This document shows, one piece after another, positions 25,000 through 39,722 of a stretch of DNA of 64,000 bases; positions within the stretch are counted from its first letter, which is position 1; each line of letters opens with the position of its first letter. A program made the translations under genes and the position numbers. The DNA is from Octopus sinensis (lineage: Eukaryota): assembly GCF_006345805.1 (NCBI RefSeq), contig NC_042997.1, positions 103,664,001 through 103,728,000 of the forward strand, given 5' to 3'. The notes under the pieces were generated by a model that was not told the origin of the DNA, made no database searches, and was given only the letters and a program-made list of their open reading frames with translations.

Positions 25000-26095
25000 T
25001 ATAAGTCGAGACTGCAGTTCGCTTTCTGTTTCCTATCAATGCAGGTTCACTCACTTAAGCAGCTATAAGTGATGAGAAATGCATGACAGTCATAATAATA
25101 TAATTTTTCTTACCAATAATATATTAAACTTGTATGTGTGGCTTAATAGCTATGTATGGGTGATTATTATTTCGTATTTTACTTAATTATTACAACCATC
25201 TAATTGAGTACGAACAGCAATTTTCAGATCATATGACATTTGAGTGTTTCTCCCAACAGAAAATGCAATGTTGAACTCTTGTAAATTTTCGCCAGGTTAT
25301 AGTTGTTTGGCTAATATATTTACAATTTTAATTTTGCAATTTCTCTGCACACGTCTTTATTTATCAATCAGTTGTTGTCAAGACACAGTGATGGTACCAT
25401 CAATCGTTATTTTATTTTTATCATTTAATAAAAACAACAACCATAACCTTTTCATGGGAATTGGGGATTAGTGAAAGAGGTTGAAATGAAAGAAAAGGAA
25501 ATTACCATCAGACAGAAACCTAGCCTGAATGCATCCAGCTTGATAGAGATGGCTAAAATCATCCAAGGGCCAACTGCTGTTAAGCCGAAGAATTGATTAA
25601 CACTTTTAGCGAAACATCCGATTAAAGGCAGGGTGGAGAAACCTTTTAATTCTGAAAAAAAAAAATAAAAACCAAATGTTTGGTGTGTTATATTAAGTCA
25701 AGTAGCAAATATTTAGTGCTAGGAATACACTGGCTAATGAACAGTTCGATCAAGATTTGAGCGTTGCTTTCTGTTATATGCTATGAATTTATAGATGTAA
25801 GACGATGAAACAAAAACTGTATATAATAAAATATTAGGTGGATAACTGATGATAAGCAGAAAGAAAATCTGAGTTATTCATGATTAATTGGTTGTAAAGA
25901 TGAAATAAATGTTGAAATTTTCGTCTTCTCATTTCCTTATTGAACAACCTCCGTGCCACCCCAAGAAACACAAATGAAGATAACCTTTTGTGAAGAAATT
26001 TACTCAATCGGCAATTAATCCCCACATCAATATTAACCCAAATTCATTAAGCCAAATTTCTTATGTTAATTTATTAAAATAATAATAAAACAAAT

Positions 26096-26537
26096 GCGCC
26101 ATTTTAAAACCTAACCAGGCTCATGGGCCCGGTTTCCCGGTTTCAATGGCGTATGTGCTCCAGTCCACCGCAGCGTTACTCATTTTTGCCAGCTGAGTGG
26201 ACTGGAGCAACGTGAAATGAAGTGTTTTGTTCAAGAACACAACGCGTTGCTCGGTCCAGGAATCGAAACCACAATCTTACGATTATGATGCTGACACCCT
26301 AACCACTAAGCCACGCGCCTCCACTTATAAAAAATAAATACGCCCTTTTAAAGCCTAGCCAGGTTCATGGGCCTGGTTTCCCGGTTTCAATGGCGTATGT
26401 GTTACCCAGCTCGATGGGATGCCAGTCCATCGCAGCGTTACTCATTTTTGCCAGCTGAGTGGACTAGAGCAACGCGAAATGAAGTGTTTTGCTCAAGACC
26501 AAGACGCGTTGCCCGGTCCAGGAATCGAAACCACAAT
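26096..26537 (-). mobile_element. Two tandem SINEs sharing the family C 3' tail (26096-26324 with tRNA head; 26339-26537 5'-truncated)
   Basis: Reverse complement GTGGAGGCGCGTGGCTTAGTGGTTAGGGTG..GGTTTCGATTCCTGGACCG..CCGGGAAACCGGGCCCATGAGCCTGG. Confidence 0.85.
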
Positions 26538-27164
26538 CTGTATTTCTGTTCTGTAAAATAACTCGTACGCAACATATATAACCTTATTAGCGATTTCAGC
26601 AAAGATGTATATTTATTTACATTAAATCCTATAGTAATATAATAAATCTGCATCTGCCTACCAAATATATATTTAAAAAATGGATATATTTGAATCTGTT
26701 GTGTTCTGCCAGTTTATTGCTTTTTTAAAATCTGTTCTGGGAAGCAAAATTCACTTAGAAAATAATTCGCATTGTATTAAGAGTGTTAAAAAAACACGTT
26801 CGAATTCATATATCTATTTCTAATAACTGACACAACCGTTATGTTAGAGGATGTATTTCTTAGGTTTTCTAGTTTTTATTCAAATTGAAGGAGGTACTTA
26901 AAACCTAAGTATCATACCAATAATCTTATGTACTATTATCTAAGCTTCTAAACTAATTACAATTCTGTGCTGTTATACCAAAGCAGAAACTTTAGTTTAA
27001 CCATTGTACACGGCCACAAATTTTTCAGACGATATTCTATATGTAAAATAGGGAAAGAGAAACCAAGTAATCCTAATTCTTTTAATTGAAAGAAACAAAT
27101 AATTTCTGGTAGATTAAATATCTTTCTATCGGAGAGAAGAAAAGCGGCTGAGATATAGAGAAAT

Positions 27165-27635
<471 letters not shown>

Positions 27636-29035
27636 GAATGTATAGGGAGAGGCAGAGATAAAAAGAGTGGCAGAGAGAGCGTGAGAGAGATAGTAAGGGT
27701 GCTGGGCGTAAAGGTGAGAATGAGAGAATTAAATAGAGTTTGGATCAATGATCTAACATATGATATCTTGCATATTTTTACGTGAGGTGGCCTATTGAAT
27801 AAAAGAAATATATAACTTTGCAGTGATTGGAACTGAAAAACAAAGAATTTGAAATATGTATTAGGAAACATAAATTTCACGTTATTAATATATGTGCGAG
27901 AAAAAAATGTATATTAAAACAAGGGTGTATATAAAGTGTATGCGTATATCTTGTATAACTACAGCATTTCGTACCGACGAAAATCTTTCAACGTGCTTGA
28001 AATTGGAGCCAAATTTTCCTCAAATCATACATAATAATCTTATAAAAAGGGTAAACTATTGACCTTAGCTATCGGAATGTTTCAACAAAGGAATAATCAA
28101 CCGGATTAGGAGATAGATAGAAACTCGTGCAAATATCTTTCTTACCACATCGGATATTATTACAATTTACATAATATTTTAGTAGCCAAAGTGCGCCGAA
28201 ATTTCATCGACAAAGCGACGCCAAGTTTTGCATTTAAAATAATTAAAATAGCGGAGAAATCCATTAATATTAACTAAATATCTTCAAAGAAGTGACATTG
28301 ATACCTTACGATGAGAGCAAAGCAGTTGTGACTATAGTTTGTTCTGTAGTGTATGGTAATATTCAATGAATAATATTCTAAGCTAATTCTCTTGGGATTT
28401 ACTGTAAATGAGCAATCTTTGCTATAATTATGTTGGAATGAATTCAAATCCACCATGTTGTACACTAGTGCACAGACACAAAAACACTAGCACACACACA
28501 GATACACAGACACAGATACACACACACTCATGTCGAGAGGAAAGTGAAAGTGCAGACATAATACATTATTTAGTATATATAACTATAGAAACATGCATAA
28601 ATATAATGATACAGCAATGTATGTGAATGTGTGTATATATATATATATTATATATATATATATATTATATATATATATATATATGTATGTAATGTATGTA
28701 TGTATGTATGTATGTATGTATGTATGTGTGATTCTGTGTTTAAAAGTAAATCTGTAGCAGTAAATCTGTGTTATTCTTTCATATGTTAGAAGTTGAAAGA
28801 TTCCGATGTTTCATTCGGTTTCTTGAAGTCATATATGGAATCCATTATTCAATCTACTGTTCGTAATGAGGGGCTGGTCCTTTGCGTAATTTTCTTACGC
28901 TGCATACATGCATGATCATTAGAGCGAGAATGCTCACGCACACACATACACACACAAACATTTATATATATATGAATGTATATATACATATATAAATACA
29001 TATATGTATATACGTATGCACACACACACACACAC

Positions 29036-29100
<65 letters not shown>

Positions 29101-29132
29101 TATATATAATATATATTATATATATATATATA

Positions 29133-29356
29133 GGCGGCGAGCTGGCAGAATCGTTAGCACGCCGGGCGAAATGCGTAGCCGTATTTCGTCTGCCGTTACG
29201 TTCTGAGTTCAAATTCCGCTGAGGTCGACTTTGCCTTTCATCCTTTCGGGGTCGATAAATTAAGTACCAGTTACGCACTGGGGTCGATATAATCGATTAA
29301 TCCGTTTATCTGTCCTCGTTTGTCTTCTATGTGTTTAGCCCCTTGTGGTAGTAAAG

Positions 29357-29361
<5 letters not shown>
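29133..29361 (+). mobile_element. Family A SINE, full-length, inside (TA)n
   Basis: GGCGGCGAGCTGGCAGAATCGTTAGCACGCCGGGCG..GAGTTCAAATTCC..GTAGTAAAGAAATA; (TA)n on both sides. Confidence 0.92.
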
Positions 29362-29399
<38 letters not shown>

Positions 29400-29401
<2 letters not shown>

Positions 29402-29550
29402 CGTGGCTGTGTGGTAAGAAGCTTGTTTCCTAACTACATGGTCCCGGGTTCAGTCCCACTGCGTGGGACGTTGGGCGTCTTCTAGCGTACCCTCGGGACT
29501 GCCAAAATCTTGTGGGTGGATTTGGTAGACGGAAACTGAAAGAAGCCCAT

Positions 29551-29581
<31 letters not shown>

Positions 29582-29810
29582 CTGTGTGTGTATGCCTGTG
29601 TGTCTGTTTGAACTCCCCCACCACATCACCGCTTGACAACCGGTGATGGTTTGTTTGCGACTCCGTAACTTAGCAGTTCAGCTAAACACCGATAGAAAAA
29701 GAACTAGGCTTTTAAAACTAAGTCCAGGGGTCGATTTGTTCGACTTCATGGTGGTGCTTCAGCATGTCCGCAAGTCAAATGACTGAAAGAAGTAAAAGAG
29801 TAAAAGAGTA
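29400..29810 (+). mobile_element. Family B SINE with tRNA head and internal microsatellite
   Basis: GGCGTGGCTGTGTGGTAAGAAGCTTG..GGTTCAGTCCCACTGCGTGG..(TA)n..GCTTGACAACCGG..GACTGAAAGAAGTAAAAGAGTAAAAGA. Confidence 0.85.
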
Positions 29811-30249
29811 CATCCATACATACATACAGACACACAGACACACACATACATACACACATACATGCACACATACATACATACACATACATACATACATATA
29901 TACATACATACATACATGCATTCATACATACATACATACTTATATACATACATACATACATACATACTTATATACATACATACATACATACATGCATTCA
30001 TACATACATACATACATACATACATACATACATACATACGTATAGTCGCTTACACGCATGTACGCACATAGGCTTTGTTTTAGGCCTCGGAGTCATGTTT
30101 ACATCCAGCGAAATATAATCCGCCTCTAGGGCTAACCGCAGCCGATTATTAATGGGAAGTGAGACAGACTGACGGGGAGAAACAAAAAGAGCAAAATCTA
30201 CTCAAGTACAAGAGTACTGGCGGCAGCAGTGAGCCGGAACGAGAGGCTG

Positions 30250-30889
30250 CAAGAGATATCCAAACTTTGGCCCATCCGTCGAGGCCATCCAGAGTAGCTT
30301 TGGCCTCATCTGTGAAGAAGACACTTTGGAAATCGATCTTCATGCACTTCCGTGCCCAATTACTACGCTTCTCTTTGTGGTTCTTCCTGAACAAGGTTCT
30401 AGCGATGCACTTAACACTTCTCTCCGTCTCTTTAAGGATCCTATATCGGTTGCTTCAGGACAAAGGAGCAACCTCAGCACTTTCAAATATGGCAACACTT
30501 GTGCTATCGAGGTGTTTTCTTACTTTTTTTTCTACCTATTTTTCAGATGTCTCGCTGGGATACACTTCTTCTCGTACCTTTATCTTCCCTTGGATTGGTG
30601 ATGGGGCTTTCAACATACGCCTTTAATGTTCTTTATCCCGACCAAGCTCTTGGGTTAATTCTCCCACAGATAAGCCTTCTGCGAGACCTGCAACAATTCG
30701 CTTCTTCTCTATAGCTGTCAGACGTAGTTTCAGGCACATTTAAGTACACCAGCAATAAGGCGTGACACAATTGAAAGCACTTGAAAATACTCTACACAAC
30801 ATAACTTTGTATGTAGCTTATCAATACGATTGAAATGTTCCTAGCTAGAAATTTTTCAGTGGACGAGTTTCACGGTTGTACACTGTGTA
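30250..30889 (-). mobile_element. Tc1-like transposon, 5' half (HTH region to first catalytic D), decayed
   Basis: ORF 30149-30394 KRSNWARKCMKIDFQSVFFTDEAKATLDGLDGWAKVW matches the Tc1-family TDE..ATLDGPDGW motif; upstream HTH-like IVAGLAEGLSVGELTQELGR; end resembles TACA(C)AGTG. Confidence 0.75.
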
Positions 30890-30938
30890 ATATTCAAAAT
30901 GTCAACAAGAAGCTGATCTGTAATAAAGCCTGAAACAC

Positions 30939-30992
<54 letters not shown>

Positions 30993-31045
30993 AGTATATA
31001 TAAATAAATATATATATATATATATATGTATGTATTTATATGTGG

Positions 31046-31079
<34 letters not shown>

Positions 31080-31458
31080 GTGTGTGTATACACACATATT
31101 TACAACGTATATATTTAAATATATATATATTTATATACATACATATATACATTGTTTGTTTTAATGCCAAGATATATATATATATATAAGTAATTTAACT
31201 TTATGCTAAAAATTTACTCACTACTAATACTTTTTACTAGGAAAAGGTTGACAAAATCTTCAAAGATACGGATTGCTCACCTTCAAGAGAGAATGCTTTA
31301 CTTTGATTCCATTTGGCCTTATATATATACAGGCATACATATGCGCGCACACACACATCCATATATATATATATATTATATATATATATATACATACACT
31401 CACACAAACACACAAACACACACAATCACACACATATATATATATACACGCGCACACC

Positions 31459-31491
<33 letters not shown>

Positions 31492-31744
31492 TCAAACTAC
31501 CGTTCTTAATAAGTTGCCGGTCTTTTACATAATTTCCTTGCATGATCATTAGGGCGAGAATATATATACATACACACATAGTTACATATCTCATATACAT
31601 TTATGTAAATAGATATTTGTGGTATATGCTTTCACTATGTTGAACCGTTAATCTCTACTCAATTTTTTTCTCTGTCCGCTTTTTTTGTCATTCTCTCTCG
31701 TTTCTTTTTCCTTCTCTCTCGTTTTTTTCATTCTCTCTCCGTTT

Positions 31745-31890
31745 TTCCCTCTTAATCCTTTCTATCGAAGAGCGTAGGCTCGAAACGTAAAATACTTTTC
31801 CATTCTTCCGGAGCGTTAAACTAACATACCTGCTTGTTTTTCCAACACCTATCTTCATTTTTTTTGCTTTCTGTAAATTTGAACTATACC
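31745..31890 (+). mobile_element. Short Penelope-like terminal fragment with a minimal hammerhead-like motif (31759-31792)
   Basis: TTT-CTATCGA-A-GAGC-GTAG-GCTC-GAAAC-GTA-AAA: perfect 4-bp stem II, ACGT palindromic stem III, GUA triplet; core differs from CUGANGA at two positions. Confidence 0.5.
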
Positions 31891-31971
31891 CACAGATACT
31901 TGCACACACACATATAAATATATTCATGTGAGTGAGTATGAGTTTGTATATATATATATATATATATATAA

Positions 31972-32160
31972 AGTTAATCCAAACAAGAAAGCACAAAAAA
32001 ACACGACAACGCGAGGACGTGGAACAAATATAGTATTATTGGACGCTCAGGAAAGAAGGAAAGAAGGAGGATTTAACGTCGGAAACATAGGAGAAGGAAA
32101 GATTCAGAGAAGGGAAGACAGAGGGAAAAAAATCGCCAACGGTACACACGAGGTCACATT
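31972..32160 (-). mobile_element. Short Penelope-like terminal fragment, hammerhead centre apparently deleted
   Basis: Minus strand TGTTT-CCGACG-TT-AAAT; 3' part CCTGAGCGTCC..CTT resembles CCGGAGCGTT..CTTGTTT of the neighbouring element; ends in (TA)n. Confidence 0.35.
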
Positions 32161-33005
32161 TACATACATACATGCATAGTTTTGCATGGGCGTGTATATG
32201 TATGTGCACATGCATGTGAGTACATATGTATAAATGTTTACATGTATATATGTATGTGTACATGCATGAATATATCTGCGTTTATGTGTGGATATGCTGA
32301 TATACATATTTCTCTATATTTATACATTGCTTCAAAATCTTCTTACAAGTGCCTTTGCTTATAAGATACACAATCTTTATAAATCTATCTGGATGTATAG
32401 TTAACGACATGCTGTTAAACGTACATTTTTCTACACTCATATGTTATAAATATAAATAGTACTGCTAGAATCATATTAAGGTACCTGGATAAATAATTAT
32501 ATCAACAGAATCCCCTCGATTCAAACTATTATAAAATACCAATTATATTTTTCTATGATAGAAATCTAAGGACAACACCAAATTCAACCTCAAGCTGGAC
32601 TGTGTTGAGTGACCATCTGTATCGTCTACAAGCATTCTTTTGCAAATCCTAAACTAACATAAAGACCCCCTACAGTCGTGACTGACCAAAGCATTGCCCC
32701 ACTATCTATCTATCTATATGTCCCAGCATGGACGCAGTCAAGTACCTGAAACAAGTAGAAAGAATATATATATATATATAATTTTTATTTTACAGACAAG
32801 AAAGTAATTATAGTGTACTCAGCCAGTATCTGAAGTGTGTGGGTTCGAATCCTGTGGCTGTCTGCTGAAATCTTTTTCCATCATACAGGGGTAAAACCCC
32901 AATCTTCCTGCTGTTTTCACGATTATTCTGCGTTCGAAATATTACTTTCTAGTCCGTAAAATACCGAACATATTCGACGCTTCCAAAGTTTGTTTACAAT
33001 AAATA

Positions 33006-33058
<53 letters not shown>

Positions 33059-34377
33059 GCACACGCACGCTCACGCACACTCCCTCACTCACACACACAC
33101 ACATACTTTGTGTATATACCCACATCCACATGTACATACGTACTTATGAGTATTGTAGTTAGCACTTTACATTTAGTTATTCGAATTACATGTCCCTATC
33201 AACAGACTCACTTCTGCTGAGAAGTCTGTAAAGTTCGAAACTCGATTAAGGTTATTCATAATTTATTCCTGTGGAGAAATAGTTAGAAGGTGGTAGTTTG
33301 CAGGAGTAGTTGAACGGTAAGAAAGACCTTCAAGAATTTACTTTTGTGGAGCTGTTCAAGTTTATACCCGCACCAGTAAAATATTAGTAATGCTTTGACT
33401 AAATAACATAGGAAGCAGTAGAATTGTTATGTATATCAGTCGACTGTTGCCTTGAGTTATAAATATACTGATCGCCATCTTTGTCTCAGTAAAAGTCAGT
33501 ACTACACACATGCACTCACACAGGTATATATGTAAAACGTCATAAATATATCCTCGCATAGACACATGTTTATATCCTTTAATCGAAATCTTTTCATCCG
33601 AATCAAAAGTTATATCGAAGATAGTACTTAAAAGGATTTCTGTTACATTTCTCTCATCGAATTAATGCGTTCTTAGAGAAACATACAGCCTTTCAGACAT
33701 ATATTATCTACGTCAGCAGAAGGAATACTGAAACCATATTCGCCTGAATCAACATTCATTCGACGCAACAGTTAACATATGATAGACAATTTGATTGATT
33801 CTGCTGAATTTAATTTAAAGTGTTATTGTCAAGAGCATCTGGAGAAAGTTATATGGCGCCAGAGGAAAGAGTAGATAGATGATATCTCCCTTGTTTAATG
33901 GTATAATATCTGATACCGTTTCTGTTATCAACTGAAAATGTAACATCATCTTTATACGATCAATAGTATATTTTTCAAATGCAAACTTTCTCTTTATATT
34001 AAGGTGGATCTGTCAACTGAACCCTAGTACATATTCCGATCTGTTGACGTATTCCAATCATAAACCTGCCAATCAATAATTTGTCATAATTGGCTGAATA
34101 TAAGCAGAAATGCGAAGCCCCACGTACACACACACAGACATACACACACACACACACACGTACACAGATATAATCTCACGACCATGCACATAAAAGAGCA
34201 TATGAATGTATGTATACATCCATTGTGCATTCATCTATATCAAAGTATGAACATTCTGGACTGCATTAGGTTTTCATGGGGATATATGGCATATTCTAAA
34301 TAATGATATGTAAGAAAGACTAATGTATACTACTAGAATTCTATACATCCATAGCTATATAAGCTGCATATTTATCT

Positions 34378-34770
34378 TCTTTTATCTTTTATCTATTAGC
34401 TGTTTAAGTCATTAGACTGTGGCCATGCTGGTGCACCACTTTGAAGGGTTTTGGTCGAACAAATCGATTCCAATACTTATTTCTTTTTCCCAGCCTGGTA
34501 CTTTTTCTATAGATCACTTTTGGCGAACCGCTAAGTTACAGGAACATAAGTCAGCAGTAACTGTCAAGCGGTGGTGGGGACAAACACGCACGCGCGCGTA
34601 TACATACACGATGGGCTTCTTTCATTTTCCATCTATCAAATCCACTCACAATGCTTTCATCGGTCCGATGCGGTTATTGAAGACACTTGTTTTAGGTGTC
34701 ACACTGTTAAACTGAACCCGGAACCATGTGGTTGAGGAGAAAAATTCTTACCCCACAACTGCCTGCGTCT
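34378..34770 (-). mobile_element. Family B SINE
   Basis: Reverse complement of the 29400-29810 architecture including the AAAAGATAAAAGAAGATAA tail. Confidence 0.8.
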
Positions 34771-37367
34771 TAGATGGATGATTATTCTACACATTTGAAT
34801 TTTTACCTCCCCACACTAAACATACAGATTTGTTCACACTCATAGTAAAGACGCAAATTTTCAAATACACACACACACGCACACACATATCACAGATGCA
34901 CTTACATAGACTCACACACACTCACTTGCATACACATGCTTTTTATACAAGTAAATTTACTTATTGAATTATAGCCAGCGAAAGAGAGGAAATAACGTTT
35001 GCTTATCTTCTTAGACTGGCGAGATTGATGCATTTGCTGTTTTAGTCTAAATTTCGCAGGCGGAAGTGATCAGAAAAAAAACTAGAAATAAATCAAGCGT
35101 TCCGAAATGTTAGAATGTTTGAAATAAAGGCTTGAGTGAAGTGTTCGGGTTATGAAATAAACAGGGACAGGTAAATCCAATGGACTTTGGTTATTTTGAG
35201 TCACATCCTTGTAGCTCAGTGCAGCACGGGGTATCTTAGTTGCGGTGAAAGATACGCAAGGAGAATAAATTAAGTCTCTAAGTGCTTGAGGTTTTATGCA
35301 TGCTAAGGAGAGAAAGTTTATCAATTAGTCGAATGGGTGTTTTAAGAGACTGTCTAGAATGCTTGTGTGTATCATGCAACCTTCTTTCAGACGTTTGTGC
35401 TAATTGTAAGGTATCATCAGCTGTTTAAAGATGAAGTAATTTCTAGAATGAAGAAATGGCTTAGCCTTCAAAAGGTAGTTCTCGGTATGTTTTAGATTAG
35501 TGCTTGCCATAAATCTATCACCAGAGATTTTGAGGTCTGTTATTTATAGAGGGTTTCAGAAGCTATTATGTAAAGGTTGACTTTGAACTGAAGGTAAGTG
35601 CTCGTATATATTCCTTACATTTAAACAGCAATTGATATTAGAGAAAGTCGTCTATTTAATCGGGTGGCCTTTTGTGAATATCCGTTTAAATGATTACGTG
35701 TAGGAGCAGTACCATAGATGATACACGAGTTATTACTCGTGTATCATGCAAAAGTATTCTCGTAGACGGCATGCGAAATTATTCTCGTAGACGGTAAACA
35801 AAACAACTCAGTGTTCAATATCTTCTGATTCTAAAGAGCGAAGTATATTTTGTTTTTGCGATTTAGTTTAAGCCAAACCACTGATGTGTCGCCATCATAA
35901 AACCTCTTCAAAGTGTGTTAGGTATCTAAGTTGTGTGTTCTTTGTAGTGCTGAGAAGTAATGAAAAGCGAAAGCTAAGAGGATTGAAGGCAATCGAACTA
36001 ATGATATATCCCAGAGTTTATAGAACGTAAATCGAAGCAGGATTTGTTGAAATACGTTGTCTAAAAAGAAAATTTCGATTTAGCAGAAGTGAAATGGATA
36101 GGGATTATAGCTGAATAATTTTGTCAAGAGATTCTAGGGTCAAATGCAGATGCTGAAAACAGCATTGCTTTCATCGAAAATCTTAAGTGGCAAAATAATT
36201 GGCGATATGTCATATGCGAACAAGTATCCAATAGGTTTGGAAATTGCTTTTATGTCATATTGCCCTTCAGATGTCATACTGGTCACCTAGGAGGGAAACG
36301 GACTAAAGGATACATGCTAAAGACAATTTTGATTTTGTTGAAACAAAGGTCATGGATCTCTAGTTTAAAATGTCATCGGAGTGTCTTTTGTGGCGATCGA
36401 ACAAAATTTTCAGGTTTTCATCGGTTCTAAAATTTTGACGTTGAAATCATGTTTATTTTAGTAATTAACAAGTAGTGATATTTTTTGTTAGGAAGGTTTG
36501 CTTTATGTGTGTTAAAGTTACTGTTGTGTTTTGCTGTGAACTTCTATGACCAAACTTTCAGTATTTTGTTTGGTAAGGCTAGCAATGAGTATAAGATAGT
36601 TCTTTTACTAAGATTTAACTTTGTGATGGACTTGTGTGCCGTTCAGGGCTGCCCATTGTGCCCTCGGTCATTTACAATCTATAGAGACCGGGGAAGCTCC
36701 AGTCAAATCAGCCTGCAAGCTTAAAATAGGCCTAAGGAGACCTTTTATAAATAATCCCTACTTGAACTGCTTCCATGAATAATACTGAAATGAAAATCTA
36801 AATGCATATGAAGCTGCGTATGGCTTGGTAACATGTTCCGTGTTTACGCTAAGTCCTTTAGGTTTATATGTAGTAGCAAGCAGACATAGATAACCTTTCA
36901 ACTCTCCCATCTTTTGACTCAGCAGCACATATAGGATGTGTCAGTTGGCGTGAGAATGGGTATACATACAATCGGGCAGAACCCATTTTCAGTTAAACAG
37001 ACTAGAACATGACATGAAATGCCTAGCGCAAGGGAAATAAAAAAACGCATTTACCGTCCCCGGAATCGAACCTGCAACATAATGTTATTGAGCAAAACGT
37101 CCTAATTACATCTTTACTGAAGTAAAATATTCCAATAGGTGGCAAAAAGTAGGGTTTTGAAAGTCAAAAGTGAGGATCTAATTGATTACTCTTTAGATTA
37201 ACAATTATAAAATATGAAGCATGTTGCACTTCAGACAACCCAATAAAGAGATAACCTAATAAAAAAACTAAATTAAATTAAGCAGGCACACATACACATA
37301 AACAACGAGAATTAATTAATACGAACGAAGATCAATTCCAGCTGCGGACATTTAATGGATAAGGAAG

Positions 37368-37399
<32 letters not shown>

Positions 37400-39489
37400 A
37401 TATATGTTCTCATTAACTTTCACCCCAAACTAGACAATCAAAGCGAGGTGACGTGTAGGAAATTTTAAAAATTGATAACTTTTCGTTTGCATTAACGTAA
37501 ATAAATGGATGAAATAAAGGAATAAAATTTAATTTTCTGGTAAGCTGAATTAATTAGATAATACGTAAGATAATCAAAGATTTGTGAAGTAAAACACTAT
37601 CACCCCCAATAGTAGCAGCAAGATCAACAACAACAAGAGCAATAACAACAACAACAAAACAACAACGACGACGATGATGACAACAAGAAAATTAATGCAG
37701 TCAGTGTTAGTTGCAATGGTTTCTTTAGCATTTAATATGAATATAAATGCTATAGTAATTTCTCTTTGTTAATTTAATAGCTCTTTAAAACACTGGAGAC
37801 ACGTTAAATGATTGCGTCAGATGTGACAAATACATTTGCACTGAATGATCCTCCAAGCAGCCAGTTTAGTTTCTTATATATTACATATAACTGATCCATC
37901 CAATTTAATTGTTATAACATATTATATATTTGTGACAAGATAATATTTCACTATTAAGATGCAGGAAACACACTATTTAAACTTTGAACTATTTAAATAA
38001 TCAGTTCTCATAACTTCGTCCGCAGGTTTGGCATATTGTAAGCTGAGTACTTATTCTATGAGATTTGGAAAAGGTTTCTGTATCACTTTCAGAATCATTA
38101 ATCGCTTATAGGATATTAACTCTCTGTCCCAAAACAGAAAGAGATAAAGAAATAGAGAAGAGGGAACGAAAAAAAGGAAGGAGATAGAAAGCTTAGTCAC
38201 GACTGTATCTCCTACTCTTATAAAATTATATTTGAATAATTCGACATGAAATTGTAATGCTCAAACTAATAATGGTGTGTGTGTGTGTGTGTGTGGTGTG
38301 TGTGTGTGTATGTGTATGTGGATGGCATCTTAGTAGTATTTCCTTCATCACAGATATCTTGATAAGTGATATTTGTGAAATTTTTTTTTATCCACCATTG
38401 GATTTTAGCTTAGCTCATAACGCATGAAATATCCCAACAGTTATATTGCGCTGTTGTTGCTCTTTATAACAACATTTATATCTACTAATAAGTGGACTTA
38501 CAGTTAAGAAGTAGATGAAATAACATGATAGCCAACTTCAGTGCTTTGCAGGCCTGTCTCATTCCCTTACTACACTGAAAAGGTTTCGCTGTTTCGACTA
38601 TGGTCTGGTATTTTCCATTATTAAAAAAAGAAAAACGCTTCTGCCTTTGTAAAACACGATCGGCAGTTTATCCACATCAAACTATTACTTATAAATACAA
38701 ACATTTGAAAAGCAACAATATTGAATAGGAAAATACGAGATTTTAGACATGACATTAAGCATCTCAGTAGATGTACTGTTTTTTTGTGTTACTCATATTT
38801 CAGAGATTTCATGTCTGAAATATGTAATGTACAATGTAAGATAGGATACAAATACTTTAGATTCCAGAAAACACTTATAGTGATCGAGATAAATTCCTTA
38901 TCTGACTACGTCTTTTAGCAACAAATCTCACGAGACTCAATTTATAACTCGCTGGACTATATTTTATGTGAATTTTTTTTACCAGATCGGTATAGAAAAA
39001 AAACTAAAAGAAAAAAATAATATGATGTGAACATAATTGATGCGAAGTTTTATTCATTTCCAACAACAACGATGTCAACTACAAATCACAACAATAACAA
39101 TAGCAATACCAAACAAATATTTGAAACGGATTAATTTGGTGCATTATAAAAACAACAGCCGGAAGAGAGACAACAGTTGCAACAAAAACAAATAATAATG
39201 GTAAGAAACAAGTACAAATAATAGCACGATTTAAACGAGTTTAAAGATTTCCATTTCCTATTCTGATGATTGGGGTTGGGTATAGAAATAAAGGCTGCCA
39301 TAGGATAGGCAAAAGAATGATGACTAAGCTACACAGTTCATTATCATTTCTACCACCTGCTCCACGATAAATAAAAAATAAATGTCGTAAAAATGACATG
39401 ATATTCGGTTTATATATATTTTCAGGCATTTCCTGTTTGTTTTTTTCTTTCTTTGTTTTTCTATCTGTAAATATTTTCGTTTCAATTTT

Positions 39490-39626
39490 CATTATTATTA
39501 TTATTATATTATTATATTATTATTATTATTATTATTTATTATTATTATCATATTATTATTATTATATTATTATATTATTATTATTATTATTATTATATTA
39601 TTATTATTATTATATTATTATTATTA

Positions 39627-39682
<56 letters not shown>

Positions 39683-39722
39683 GTTATTATTATTATTGTT
39701 ATTATTATTATGATTATTATTA
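39490..39722. repeat. (ATT)n microsatellite
   Basis: Directly visible. Confidence 0.95.

Noticed and set aside
38590-38615. GAC-CATA-GTC-GAAAC on the minus strand, like a hammerhead stem II
   Set aside because: No CUGANGA core or stem I upstream.
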